Below, piece after piece: positions 20,325-29,630 of a stretch of DNA of 45,347 nucleotides. Numbering within the stretch: position 1 is the first letter of the stretch; every line of letters starts with the position of its first letter. The notes under the pieces were generated by a model. That model was not told the origin of the DNA, made no database searches, and saw only the letters and a list, made by a program, of their open reading frames with translations. Origin of the DNA: Methanoregula sp. (GTDB lineage Archaea > Halobacteriota > Methanomicrobia > Methanomicrobiales > Methanospirillaceae); NCBI GenBank assembly GCA_026394695.1, contig JAPKXT010000227.1, positions 1 to 45,347 of the forward strand, written 5' to 3'. Both the position numbers and the translations under genes were made by a program.

Positions 20325-20969
20325 ATGCCGATCATTTCCTCTTATACTGACCCGGAACCGTTCAGCGAGGACCAGACCCTTCTTACCCTTTATATGCTTG
20401 CGGGAGAGGAGAGCGGAGGTTTTGTCACATTCAACCCTGATTTTTTTATTCAGATTGGAAAAGCCTTGTTTTTTCAGGGTGACGTTGCCTCGCCGGTTCA
20501 GTCTATCGGTGCTGTGGATGTACGGGAGCTTACCCCCTCTGAACTTATCAGTGCCGAACGGGATCTCTGGATCCACTACCATCAGCAGAAAGCTGATCGG
20601 ATCAACGACCGCCTCTTTGCTGCTTTTGCGGGTTCCAAACTGATAGGGGTTGCACGGTGCTCACGCCATCCGGATGGTCTTGAAGTCGATGCTGTCTATG
20701 TTCTGGACGAATACCGGCGCCGTGGATTTGCCCGTTCGGTAATGGTCCTTCTCATAGAGGAATGCGGCAGACAGGAGACCCTCTATATGCACTCAAAGAT
20801 TGAACTGGTGGATTTCTATGGAAGTCTTGGTTTCTATCCCATGGCCGAGAATGATCTGCCAAAAACAATCCGTGACCGGTTCGGGTTCTGCATGGGCAAT
20901 CTCAAGGGAATCGATGTCTGCCCGATGAAACGAGATCCCGCTGCTCTTACTACGGAACAGAATACCTGA
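20325..20969 (+). CDS. GNAT family acetyltransferase
   Basis: Acetyl-CoA motif VYVLDEYRRRGFA and FYGSLGF; SD GGAGGTG before ATG 20325. Confidence 0.85.
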   Translation: MPIISSYTDPEPFSEDQTLLTLYMLAGEESGGFVTFNPDFFIQIGKALFFQGDVASPVQSIGAVDVRELTPSELISAERDLWIHYHQQKADRINDRLFAAFAGSKLIGVARCSRHPDGLEVDAVYVLDEYRRRGFARSVMVLLIEECGRQETLYMHSKIELVDFYGSLGFYPMAENDLPKTIRDRFGFCMGNLKGIDVCPMKRDPAALTTEQNT

Positions 20970-21087
20970 TACTGGTGCAGAGCATGAAAAACCAATCCAT
21001 ATTCAACCGGGAAACCGGGGAAAAAACGTGTAATTATCTGCTGATTAGGAGCATGTATTTGCAGAACCGGGCCATCGGGGGCGAAGA

Positions 21088-23034
21088 ATGATTGTTGAAC
21101 TTTTCATTCCTGCAATTATAGTTCTTTTAGCCGGCACAATCTTTCCCATTTTAACTGCATCGCTGGACCGGAGATCCGTACGGACGATCTCACTTTCCTG
21201 TACCATCGTTGGATCAATCCTGCTGGTAAGTCTCTCTCTTTTGATCCTGCTTTACGGTGAACCAGTATATTTCACTCTCTTCCAACCTCTCCCGGCATTT
21301 TCCCTTTCATTTGTCATCGACCGGCTCGCTGCATTTTTCCTGCTCATCATTGCAGTTGTATCATCTTGTGTTGCCCTCTACTTCACTGAATATATTGAGC
21401 ATATTGCCGGATCAAACAGGCGAAACCTGCTCTGTGGCTGTACCAATCTTTTCATTCTCGCAATGGTGCTTGTCGTCGCCTCAGCAAACACGATCTCGTT
21501 TTTCCTGTTCTGGGAAGTGATGGCAGCGAGCTCATTTTTCCTCGTCATGTACGAATATTCGCAACAAAATACTGCAAAAGCCGGTATCTATTATTTTGTC
21601 ATGACCCAGTTGTCATCCCTTTTCATCCTGCTGGGAATCATCATTCTCTATCTTACGACCGGTTCATTTGATTTTCTGCCACTGACAACTACTGCATCCG
21701 CGCCTCTCATAACCGTCGCATTCCTCGCTCTTTTTTTAGGATTCTCTATCAAGGCGGGGATCATTCCTTTCCATAAGTGGCTCCCGTATGCCCACCCGGC
21801 AAGTCCATCTCCTGTCTCCGCTCTTATGTCCGGAGTGATGCTCAAGATAGCCGTATACGGTCTTGTCCGTTTCCTGCTTGATGTTTTCACTCCGGATCTC
21901 TGGTGGGGTGTACTGATCCTTGCTGCGGGTACTGCATCGGCGGTTCTTGGCGTCATCTACGCGTTAAAAGAGCATGACGTTAAGGGGATGCTTGCCTATT
22001 CAAGCATTGAAAATATCGGAATCATTTTTACTGGGATCGGTCTGTCGGTAATATTTACTGCCAGCAATCTTCCCCTGCTCGCAACACTCAGCCTGCTGGG
22101 TGCGCTCTTCCACTCCCTGAACCATGCCATGTTCAAGAGCCTGCTCTTCCTCACTGCAGGTTCCGTAGTATCTGCCACCCGGACCCGGAATATTGAACAC
22201 ATGGGAGGACTTGCCCCCCGGATGCCGGTTACCTCTGCGCTCTTCTTTATTGGTGCAGTCTCCATAATTGCATTACCTCCCCTGAACGGGTTTGCCAGCG
22301 AGCTCCTGATCTTCATCTCGTTCATCTCCTCCGTTTCTGTTGTGGATCCGCTGTTTAAAATACTCCTCTTTATCTGCCTTTCCCTGTTTGCCCTGACCAG
22401 TGCATTATCCGCAGCCTGCTTTGTCAAGGCGTTCGGATCAATCTTCCTTGCCCTGCCGCGTTCTCCAGAGAGTGCCGCTGCAAAAGAAGTCCCCCTTACA
22501 ATGCTGATCGGGCCGGGTATCCTTGCGGCTGCCTGTATTCTTTTAGGAGTATGCGCCCTCCAGATCTTTGCAACCGTCGGCTTTACCGTTCCCCTTCCGG
22601 ATATGCTGCTTGTCAGCCTGTTGCTCCTCGGTATGTCGGTTCTTACCTATGTGGTGCTCTATTTCACCGCTTCGCGGGAGGTACGGGTGAGCGAAACATG
22701 GGGATGCGGGACGCTCTCGCAGCAGGCTTCGGCGGAATACAGTGGTCATGGTTTCTCAGAACCTCTCGACATCATCTTCTCTGCAATCTACCGTACCCGG
22801 ACGATAAATGAACGGATATTCTTCGACCAGAAGAACTGCATTTTTAAGGAGGGTACCGGAGAGATCCGTCTCCTCAAGGTATTTGAGGAATACCTCTATC
22901 GTCCCATAGCGCAGCAGTCCCTGAAGGTAGCTGAAGGTGTATCACGCTTCCAGAACGGGTGCCTTGATACCTATCTCCTCTATGTCTTTGTCACAGTCAT
23001 TGCCCTGATCATTTTCCTCGGGTGGTTTGCATGA
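21088..23034 (+). CDS. hyfB: Ehr/Hyf antiporter-like membrane subunit (HyfB/NuoL-like)
   Basis: Polytopic; FWEVM, IKAG..PFH.WLP.AHP..PSP.SALMSGVMLK, LAYSSIENIG, PPLNGF.SE and TWGCG. Confidence 0.9.
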   Translation: MIVELFIPAIIVLLAGTIFPILTASLDRRSVRTISLSCTIVGSILLVSLSLLILLYGEPVYFTLFQPLPAFSLSFVIDRLAAFFLLIIAVVSSCVALYFTEYIEHIAGSNRRNLLCGCTNLFILAMVLVVASANTISFFLFWEVMAASSFFLVMYEYSQQNTAKAGIYYFVMTQLSSLFILLGIIILYLTTGSFDFLPLTTTASAPLITVAFLALFLGFSIKAGIIPFHKWLPYAHPASPSPVSALMSGVMLKIAVYGLVRFLLDVFTPDLWWGVLILAAGTASAVLGVIYALKEHDVKGMLAYSSIENIGIIFTGIGLSVIFTASNLPLLATLSLLGALFHSLNHAMFKSLLFLTAGSVVSATRTRNIEHMGGLAPRMPVTSALFFIGAVSIIALPPLNGFASELLIFISFISSVSVVDPLFKILLFICLSLFALTSALSAACFVKAFGSIFLALPRSPESAAAKEVPLTMLIGPGILAAACILLGVCALQIFATVGFTVPLPDMLLVSLLLLGMSVLTYVVLYFTASREVRVSETWGCGTLSQQASAEYSGHGFSEPLDIIFSAIYRTRTINERIFFDQKNCIFKEGTGEIRLLKVFEEYLYRPIAQQSLKVAEGVSRFQNGCLDTYLLYVFVTVIALIIFLGWFA

Positions 23035-23972
23035 ACTTCGACTTTATCCTGTACCTTATAATTAATACACTGGTCGTGGTTGCAATTTCACCCCTCTTTG
23101 TCAGCCTGATAAAAAAAGTCAAAGCCTGGACACAGGGACGGCAGGGCCCATCAGTCTTCCAGACATACTTTTCGCTGATAAAACTATTGAAAAAAGAGGT
23201 CATCTACTCTCCTAACTCCTCGTGGATCATGCAAGTCACCCCTTTTGTCACGATGGCAGCTATTCTTGTTGCCGCTCTCTTCGTCCCACTGGTCTTTGTG
23301 CCCGAACCCATAGGGGGTATCGGAAATATCATCCTCTTTCTATACCTCCTCGTGCTTGCCCGGTTCTTTATGGCGCTTGCCGGTCTTGATGCCGGCAGTT
23401 CCTTTGGGGGTATGGGTAGTTCGCGGGAGATGAGCATATCATCGATCATCGAGCCCACTACCGTAATCGTCTTCGCTGCGCTTGCGTTCGTCTTTAAAAC
23501 ACTCAATATTTTTGACATGTTTGTCCTCACATCAGGCTCCGGATTACCTGCTACACCAACACTGATCCTCATCGGGATCTCGCTGTTTATCATCCTCATC
23601 GTTGAGACCTCGCGGATACCTGTCGATAATCCTGAGACGCATCTCGAACTGACTATGATACACGAGGGGATGGTCCTCGAACAGTCGGGCAGGAACTTAG
23701 CCCTCATGGAACTCTCCGCTGCCGTCAAGATGACAGTACTTATGATGCTCCTCATCAACCTGATGGTCCCCTTCGGGCTTGCGACGACTCTCACCCTTGC
23801 AGGGATGCTCATCGCTGTAATCGTGTTAGTAGTTAAAGGTTCAATCCTTGCAGGAATAATCGGGCTCTTTGAATCATCAATGGCAAAGAAACGGTTCTTC
23901 CAGCTTCCCAGTCTCTTTGCCATGGCATTCTTCTTCTCGACCCTGATCATCATTATCGAGGTGTTCTCATGA
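23031..23972 (+). CDS. hyfC: Ehr/Hyf membrane subunit (HyfC/NuoH-like)
   Basis: QGRQGP, LDAGSSFGGMGSSRE and ETSRIPVDNPETHLELTMIHE; ATGA overlap with hyfB. Confidence 0.92.
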   Translation: MNFDFILYLIINTLVVVAISPLFVSLIKKVKAWTQGRQGPSVFQTYFSLIKLLKKEVIYSPNSSWIMQVTPFVTMAAILVAALFVPLVFVPEPIGGIGNIILFLYLLVLARFFMALAGLDAGSSFGGMGSSREMSISSIIEPTTVIVFAALAFVFKTLNIFDMFVLTSGSGLPATPTLILIGISLFIILIVETSRIPVDNPETHLELTMIHEGMVLEQSGRNLALMELSAAVKMTVLMMLLINLMVPFGLATTLTLAGMLIAVIVLVVKGSILAGIIGLFESSMAKKRFFQLPSLFAMAFFFSTLIIIIEVFS

Positions 23973-24661
23973 TCGAAACGGCAATCGTTGTCGGGATTAT
24001 AAGGATCCTGTTTGTCGGTATTATCATTACTGCAGCCTACATCATCTCTACTCGCAACCTGCTCTCAGTGGTATCTGTTTATGCCCTCCAGAGTCTCACC
24101 CTTGTCTGTATCGCCCTTGCGCTCTATTCACTTGAGGGATCCATCGTTCTTCTGGCGATCGCTGTGGTTACGTTTATCAGCAAGGTAATAATCATCCCGT
24201 ACTTTATCGCAACTATCCAGGAAAAGATCCGGATCAAACGGGACATCGAGTTCCATTATTTAAGTCCTACCTCATCGTTGCTCATCTCCATGGCACTGAT
24301 GATGGTCATCTACATGGCGCTCGCAAGAATTGTGGAGGGAACACCGGTGCGGGAGAGCCTCTTTTTCTTTGGCGCCGTGCTGGGAATTTCGCTGATGCTG
24401 ATGGGCATGATGGTGACATTCAGCCGGAAACGGGCGATCACAAAAGTACTTGGGTTCCTCTCAATGGAAAACGGGGTGCTCCTCTTTGGTATGTTTGTCA
24501 CCGAACTCCCATTCATCATCGAATTTTTGATCATTATCGACCTTATTATCCTCGTTATCCTGACGACTATATTATCAGTCGGTATTGACTCAACACTTGA
24601 GGATTACCACAAACGTCTCCACCGCTTTCATCTCCTGATAGAGCCCGAGGAGGTTTCATGA
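23969..24661 (+). CDS. hyfE: Ehr/Hyf membrane subunit (HyfE-like)
   Basis: YALQS, K..IIP, GFLSMENG and P.IIE...IID patterns; ATGA overlap with hyfC. Confidence 0.88.
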   Translation: MIETAIVVGIIRILFVGIIITAAYIISTRNLLSVVSVYALQSLTLVCIALALYSLEGSIVLLAIAVVTFISKVIIIPYFIATIQEKIRIKRDIEFHYLSPTSSLLISMALMMVIYMALARIVEGTPVRESLFFFGAVLGISLMLMGMMVTFSRKRAITKVLGFLSMENGVLLFGMFVTELPFIIEFLIIIDLIILVILTTILSVGIDSTLEDYHKRLHRFHLLIEPEEVS

Positions 24662-26006
24662 TCCTGGTTGCATTTGTGCTGGTATCCGTGCTCTCTCTTG
24701 CCATCATTGCAGCCGCCCGGAGCCACCGGCACATGAACACAGTCTGTATCATGCAGGCACTGGTTTTTGCCACACTTGCTGCCTATATCGTTGAATTCCA
24801 GCAGGTACCGGTTGTTACGTTTCTTGCGGGCAGTCAGTACTTCTTTATCGATCACTTCGGTCTTTTTGAGGTGCTCATCGCCACGGTCATTTTTGCCTGC
24901 TCTGCAGTCTATGCCCGCGGGTATGTCGAAGGGCTTCTTGCAAGCAGGGAACTGGAGAAAGGCAGTCTCAGACTCTTCTATGCGGCGTGGGTACTGCTTC
25001 TTCTGGTCATCGTCCTTGCGTTCTTCTCTGATAACCTTGCACTCTTCTGGATCTTTGCTGAAATGACCACGATCCTCTCCGCAATGCTGGTTGCCATTCT
25101 CTCTGCCCGTGAGAACATCGATGCAGCGATCAAGTACATTTTCATCGCATCCGTCTCCATGCTTTTTGCTTTTGTCGGGTTCATCTTTCTCTTCGAGATA
25201 TCACGGATCAGTCTTGGAACAGGAACCCTGAACTGGACGGTGCTCATGCAGCATGCCAGTGCTTTTCCCCCGGGAATGATGATTGCCTCCTTTACGCTCG
25301 TCTTTGTCGGGTTTGCTGCAAAGTCCGGGATCTTCCCGTTCCATACCTGGCTGCCGGAGGCCCATGCCAAAGCCCCGTCGGCAGTCAGTGCCATTCTCTC
25401 AGGTGTCCTGTTGAATGTGGGTATCTATGGGATCATCCGGATGTATGCGATTGTGCACCAGACAACAGCTGTTGCAACCATTGCACCGATGCTTGCGTTG
25501 TTCGGGATCCTCACGATTGGCATTGCCGTCATCTCCATGCTCCCCCAGAAAACTTAAAAAAACTGGTGGCATTCTCCAGTGTGGAAAATATGGGGATTAT
25601 GCTTGTCGGCCTTGCTATCTCCACGCCGATTGCGCTGTTCTGGGTACTCTTCCATATCATGGCACATTCCCTGACAAAGGCGTCACTGTTCTTCTCACCC
25701 CCGTTTCCCATCTTCTTCTCCGAATTTTTCATCCTGTTACAGCTGGGTGCAGTATCCCTATGGGTGCTAAGCGTGATGCTGGTTCTGCTGTTCATTGCTG
25801 CCACGGGACTGGGATACTTTGTGCTTACGACATTTACCCGGGAATCTGAACCTGATTCATCCTCAGATATGGAACCGTACCGGACACCTGCCAGCATGAA
25901 GGGCCCTATCATCTTCCTTCTGGTGCTCCTCTTTGTTGTCGGGATATTTCTCCCCACAAGTGGCATGGTGTTCCTCAACCAGATTGTAACGGAGCTGAGA
26001 TTCTGA
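24658..26006 (+). pseudogene. hyfF: Ehr/Hyf antiporter-like subunit (HyfF-like), with a frameshift at ~25550 and a probable in-frame deletion at ~25697
   Basis: W...E.TT and K.G.FP.HTWLPEAH..APS.VSA.LSG motifs. One extra A in the A4 run (25549-25552) gives PQKNLKKLVAFSSVENMG and joins the two ORFs into 449 aa. HSLTKASLFFS is followed directly by PPFP. Confidence 0.85.
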
Positions 26007-27586
26007 TGACGGCTGATAAGGATATCGGGATCAGGGCGGTTCAGGAATTTCTTGGAGATGATGCGCTGCCGGACCGGATCAGTTCCGGATCCAACAATGA
26101 ACAGTATGTGACTCTCGAAGAACCGGAATTCGAAACTGCTGTATCTCATCTGGCTGCAAATAAGTTTGTTCTGATAAGCCTCTTCTGTTGCGAAGGCTTC
26201 TCAGTGAATACTGCGCAAACGCTCTTTTACGTGTTTGAACGGAGGACCAGCATACTGGTGCTTATCCGGGGCGTCAACAGACGTGCAACGTCAATAGCCA
26301 GTATTTATCCCTCCGCATCATGGTTTGAACGCGAATGCCGTGACGGGTTCGGCGTTGAGTTTGAGGGGGCATTCGATACCCGTCGTCTTTTCCTTCACGA
26401 GACCTATCCTGAGGGTTTTCACCCGCTTAAAAAAGCGTTCAGGAATGCGCCGGTGATCACGAAGACGATGGTAGATCCTGCCGAGGAATACCCGTTCCGG
26501 GAAGTGAGAGGTGAGGGCGTGTACCAGGTACCGGTCGGCCCGGTGCATGCCGGTATTATCGAGCCTGGTCATTTCAGGTTCAGCGTGATCGGCGAGACGA
26601 TTTTCAACCTTGAATGCCGGATGTTTTACACGCACCGGGGCATTGAAAAGCTTGCGGAGGGAAAATCACCAAAAGAATGTGTGAGAATTGCCGAAGCAGT
26701 GAGCGGTGATGAATCGGTGGCAAATGCAACTGCGTTCTGCATGGCCGTGGAGCAAATCTCGCAGATACAGGTCCCGGTACGGGCATGGTACCTGCGGACG
26801 ATCATCCTTGAGCTGGAACGTATCTGCTCGCACCTCGGAGACCAGGCAGGAATGCTAATTGATGTGGCGTTTCCGCTGGGCGCCAACCAGTTCTCGGTGC
26901 TGCGCGAGGAATGTTTTCGCGAGAGTAACCGTTTGACCAGCTCAAGATTTCTGAGGGGGATGGTCTGCATTGGCGGGATGAGCCGTGACGTTTCCAGAAC
27001 ACAGCTCGATGAGGTCACCGGATTTGTCCGCAAGATGCGGAAACGTTACAGGATCGGGCTGAAGATTGTACTCTCAACCGCTTCGGTGATAGACCGGTTT
27101 GCCCCGACTGGTGTGATCCGTCATACACTGCTGCGACCGCTCAATATCACCGGCCCGGCAGCGCGTGCATCTGGCGGGAAGGTTGATGTCCGGCTGAACC
27201 ACCCGTATGGTATTTATGACCAGTTCGCTCCAAAACCGCAGCGGCTCCAGGATGGGGATGTGCTCTCCCGGTTTACGATCAAAGCATCGGAGATCATGGA
27301 TTCGCTCGACCTGATCGAACGTCTGATCACAACAATTCCGGGAGGGGATATAAGATCAGATGCCCCGGTCCGCGACGGATACACGCTTGCGCTGATCGAA
27401 TCTGCCCGTGGCCAGAACCTGTGCTGGGTATGGATTAAAGATGGTGCGATTGAGCGGTATAAGGTCCGGACCGCATCGTTCTGTAACTGGTTGGCGATCG
27501 AGCATGCAGTGCAGGGCAATATTATTCCGGATTTCCCGGTGATCAACAAGAGCCTGAACCTGTCCTATGCGGGGACGGATCTGTGA
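26006..27586 (+). CDS. hyfG: Ehr large subunit (NuoC+NuoD / HyfG-like) without NiFe ligands
   Basis: WFERE..D.FG (NuoC-like), GPVHAGIIEPGHFRFS and HRGIEK. L1 position reads AVSGDE and the C-terminus reads DFPVINKSLNLSYAGTDL; neither has CxxC. Confidence 0.9.
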   Translation: MTADKDIGIRAVQEFLGDDALPDRISSGSNNEQYVTLEEPEFETAVSHLAANKFVLISLFCCEGFSVNTAQTLFYVFERRTSILVLIRGVNRRATSIASIYPSASWFERECRDGFGVEFEGAFDTRRLFLHETYPEGFHPLKKAFRNAPVITKTMVDPAEEYPFREVRGEGVYQVPVGPVHAGIIEPGHFRFSVIGETIFNLECRMFYTHRGIEKLAEGKSPKECVRIAEAVSGDESVANATAFCMAVEQISQIQVPVRAWYLRTIILELERICSHLGDQAGMLIDVAFPLGANQFSVLREECFRESNRLTSSRFLRGMVCIGGMSRDVSRTQLDEVTGFVRKMRKRYRIGLKIVLSTASVIDRFAPTGVIRHTLLRPLNITGPAARASGGKVDVRLNHPYGIYDQFAPKPQRLQDGDVLSRFTIKASEIMDSLDLIERLITTIPGGDIRSDAPVRDGYTLALIESARGQNLCWVWIKDGAIERYKVRTASFCNWLAIEHAVQGNIIPDFPVINKSLNLSYAGTDL

Positions 27587-27598
27587 GGTGAAGACAGA

Positions 27599-28117
27599 AT
27601 GGTGAACGCATTAACCTGCCTGCTGAAAAAGAAAGTGACCGAAGACGAACCTGCCGACAATGATGATATTGAGGCTATCGGTCGCGAGATAAAAACAGAG
27701 ATCGATGCGGTGTTCGGCCGGAGCCTCGCGATCCGAGAGCTGGATACCGGCAGTGACAATGCCGCCGAGATTGAGATCAACAATCTCAATAACCCTTTCT
27801 ACGATGTGGAACGCTTCGGGATCACCTTCGTCGCTTCACCACGGCATGCAGATGTACTGATTGTAACAGGTGCGGTGACGCACAACATGGCGATCGCCGC
27901 ACGGAAGACATACGATGCCATGCCCTCGCCCAAATTCGTAGTTGCGGTTGGCGATGATGCCTGTGATGGCGGGATCTTTTCAGGAACTTACGCTGTGCTT
28001 GGCGGAGCGGACAAGATCTTTCCGGTCGACCTGAAGATTCCGGGTAATCCCCCAACACCTACGCAGATTCTCACCGGGCTTCTTGCCCTGATGAGAATGG
28101 CAGGTAAGAAACGGTAG
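27599..28117 (+). CDS. hyfI: Ehr small subunit (NuoB/HyfI-like) with Fe-S cysteines replaced
   Basis: RSLAIRE, YD.ERFGI.FVASPRHAD...VTG.VT.NM and P.PK.V.AVG motifs; SD GAGGTGA. Confidence 0.9.
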   Translation: MVNALTCLLKKKVTEDEPADNDDIEAIGREIKTEIDAVFGRSLAIRELDTGSDNAAEIEINNLNNPFYDVERFGITFVASPRHADVLIVTGAVTHNMAIAARKTYDAMPSPKFVVAVGDDACDGGIFSGTYAVLGGADKIFPVDLKIPGNPPTPTQILTGLLALMRMAGKKR

Positions 28118-28229
28118 ACAGGCCAGGTGGCTGTACCTGTCCCGTTCAATGGGATGAAATTAAAAAAAACACAAATCAAAGATTTAACCACAAAGACCCT
28201 ATAAAGAAATTAATTACAGGCTGCTGCTC

Positions 28230-29546
28230 ATGGACGATATTTATCTCATCGAGATCCGTCTCTTTCGGACAAAATGGCGGATCAGGGAAACCATTTCTTC
28301 TATCGGGCGGTTATTCTCTCTTGAACCGTACCTGGAACGGCACCCGCATGTCACGCTGTTTGGACCCCTGACCCTGAATGAAGGTGTCAGCTCCCGCCAG
28401 CTCCTGGACGCCGTCGGAAACGTGGCAGCCGGGTACGATCCCATCCCGTTCACCCTTGACGGCTGGGAAACGCGGGAGGGAATGCATGGTAGTGTGATTG
28501 CAATCCCTGTCAGACCATCAGAACCCTTAAAAAAACTCACATCTTCGCTATCAGACGTTTTGTCTCCCCTCGTGCACAGCCACAATGTCTGGGATGCCAA
28601 ACCTGCCAGCAAATGGTTTCATGTGACGGTGGCAAATCATCTCAACCCCCAGGTTGCATTATCAGTTTTTTCCTGGCTCACAAGAAACGAGCAGAATGTC
28701 CAGGAACAAGGCAGGTCATCTCCCGGGATCCTTTCTTTTGTGAAAAATCTGGTAAACCGTTTTTTCACCGCGGGAAAGGGGCATGCAGTCCGGCCGGTCA
28801 CCCTGGATGAAACCGGGCTCAGGATTACCGTAATGCAGGGTGAAGCAATCCTCGCTGAATATGATCTCTTAAAGAAACGGTGGATCACGGGCGATCACCG
28901 TCATACCAACAAATCCTGGCAAAAAACACTCGCGCTCTTCCGGCAGCAATCGGGATTTGAACGATCGGATCCCCTGTCACCTCATCCCGATGACATCTTT
29001 CTCATTGCCGACCTTCATCTCGGCCATGCGAATATTATCCACTACTGTTCACGCCCGTTCCTCGTATCCGATGTACGGGAAATGGATCATGTACTGATAA
29101 AAAACTGGAACTATACCATCTCTCCTGTGAACCGCGTATATTACCTGGGAGATTTACGGTATGGAAAAGATGCATTGCCCGCCCTGCAGTACAGGAAAAA
29201 ACTCAAAGGCTGCATCACCTTTGTTGAAGGAAACCATGATGATACTGAACTGGGGGCAGTTCCCTCAGTAACCCTGAAATACCGGGGTTTTACGTTCCTG
29301 CTGGTCCACGATCCGGCCTCTGCCCCGGAAGAATTTGATGGCTGGATAATTCACGGGCACCATCACAACAATGATCTCCGCCACTACCCGTTCATCGATT
29401 TTGAGCACCGTAGAATTAACGTGTGTGCGGAAGTGATTGGGTATGTCCCGGAAAACTTAAACACACTATGCACTATCCTTCAGGACCGCATATCCTGTGG
29501 TGACACTACACCAATTCTCCTGAACTATCCCTATATACCACGATAA
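28230..29546 (+). CDS. Fusion of 2H phosphoesterase (2'-5' RNA ligase-like) and calcineurin-like metallophosphoesterase
   Basis: Two HxT motifs (PHVTL, FHVTV) in the N-terminal half; DLHLGH, YLGD, GNHD, VHDP and HGHHH in the C-terminal half. Confidence 0.85.
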   Translation: MDDIYLIEIRLFRTKWRIRETISSIGRLFSLEPYLERHPHVTLFGPLTLNEGVSSRQLLDAVGNVAAGYDPIPFTLDGWETREGMHGSVIAIPVRPSEPLKKLTSSLSDVLSPLVHSHNVWDAKPASKWFHVTVANHLNPQVALSVFSWLTRNEQNVQEQGRSSPGILSFVKNLVNRFFTAGKGHAVRPVTLDETGLRITVMQGEAILAEYDLLKKRWITGDHRHTNKSWQKTLALFRQQSGFERSDPLSPHPDDIFLIADLHLGHANIIHYCSRPFLVSDVREMDHVLIKNWNYTISPVNRVYYLGDLRYGKDALPALQYRKKLKGCITFVEGNHDDTELGAVPSVTLKYRGFTFLLVHDPASAPEEFDGWIIHGHHHNNDLRHYPFIDFEHRRINVCAEVIGYVPENLNTLCTILQDRISCGDTTPILLNYPYIPR

Positions 29547-29630
29547 CAGGACTTCTTTTAAATTTTTTATGCCACTTCATAATCTATATACGAACTGAGT
29601 GTATAGTTCCACGTTAGAGGGGAAGACAAA

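Noticed and set aside
25545-25565. Programmed -1 frameshift in hyfF
   Set aside because: The A7 run lies at and after the TAA stop, no in-frame slippery heptamer precedes it, and a second lesion follows.
21088-28117. Functional [NiFe] hydrogenase-4 or formate hydrogenlyase partnering FdhAB
   Set aside because: No Ni-binding CxxC motifs, Fe-S relay or maturation genes; the Fdh here is the F420-type and lies about 15 kb away.
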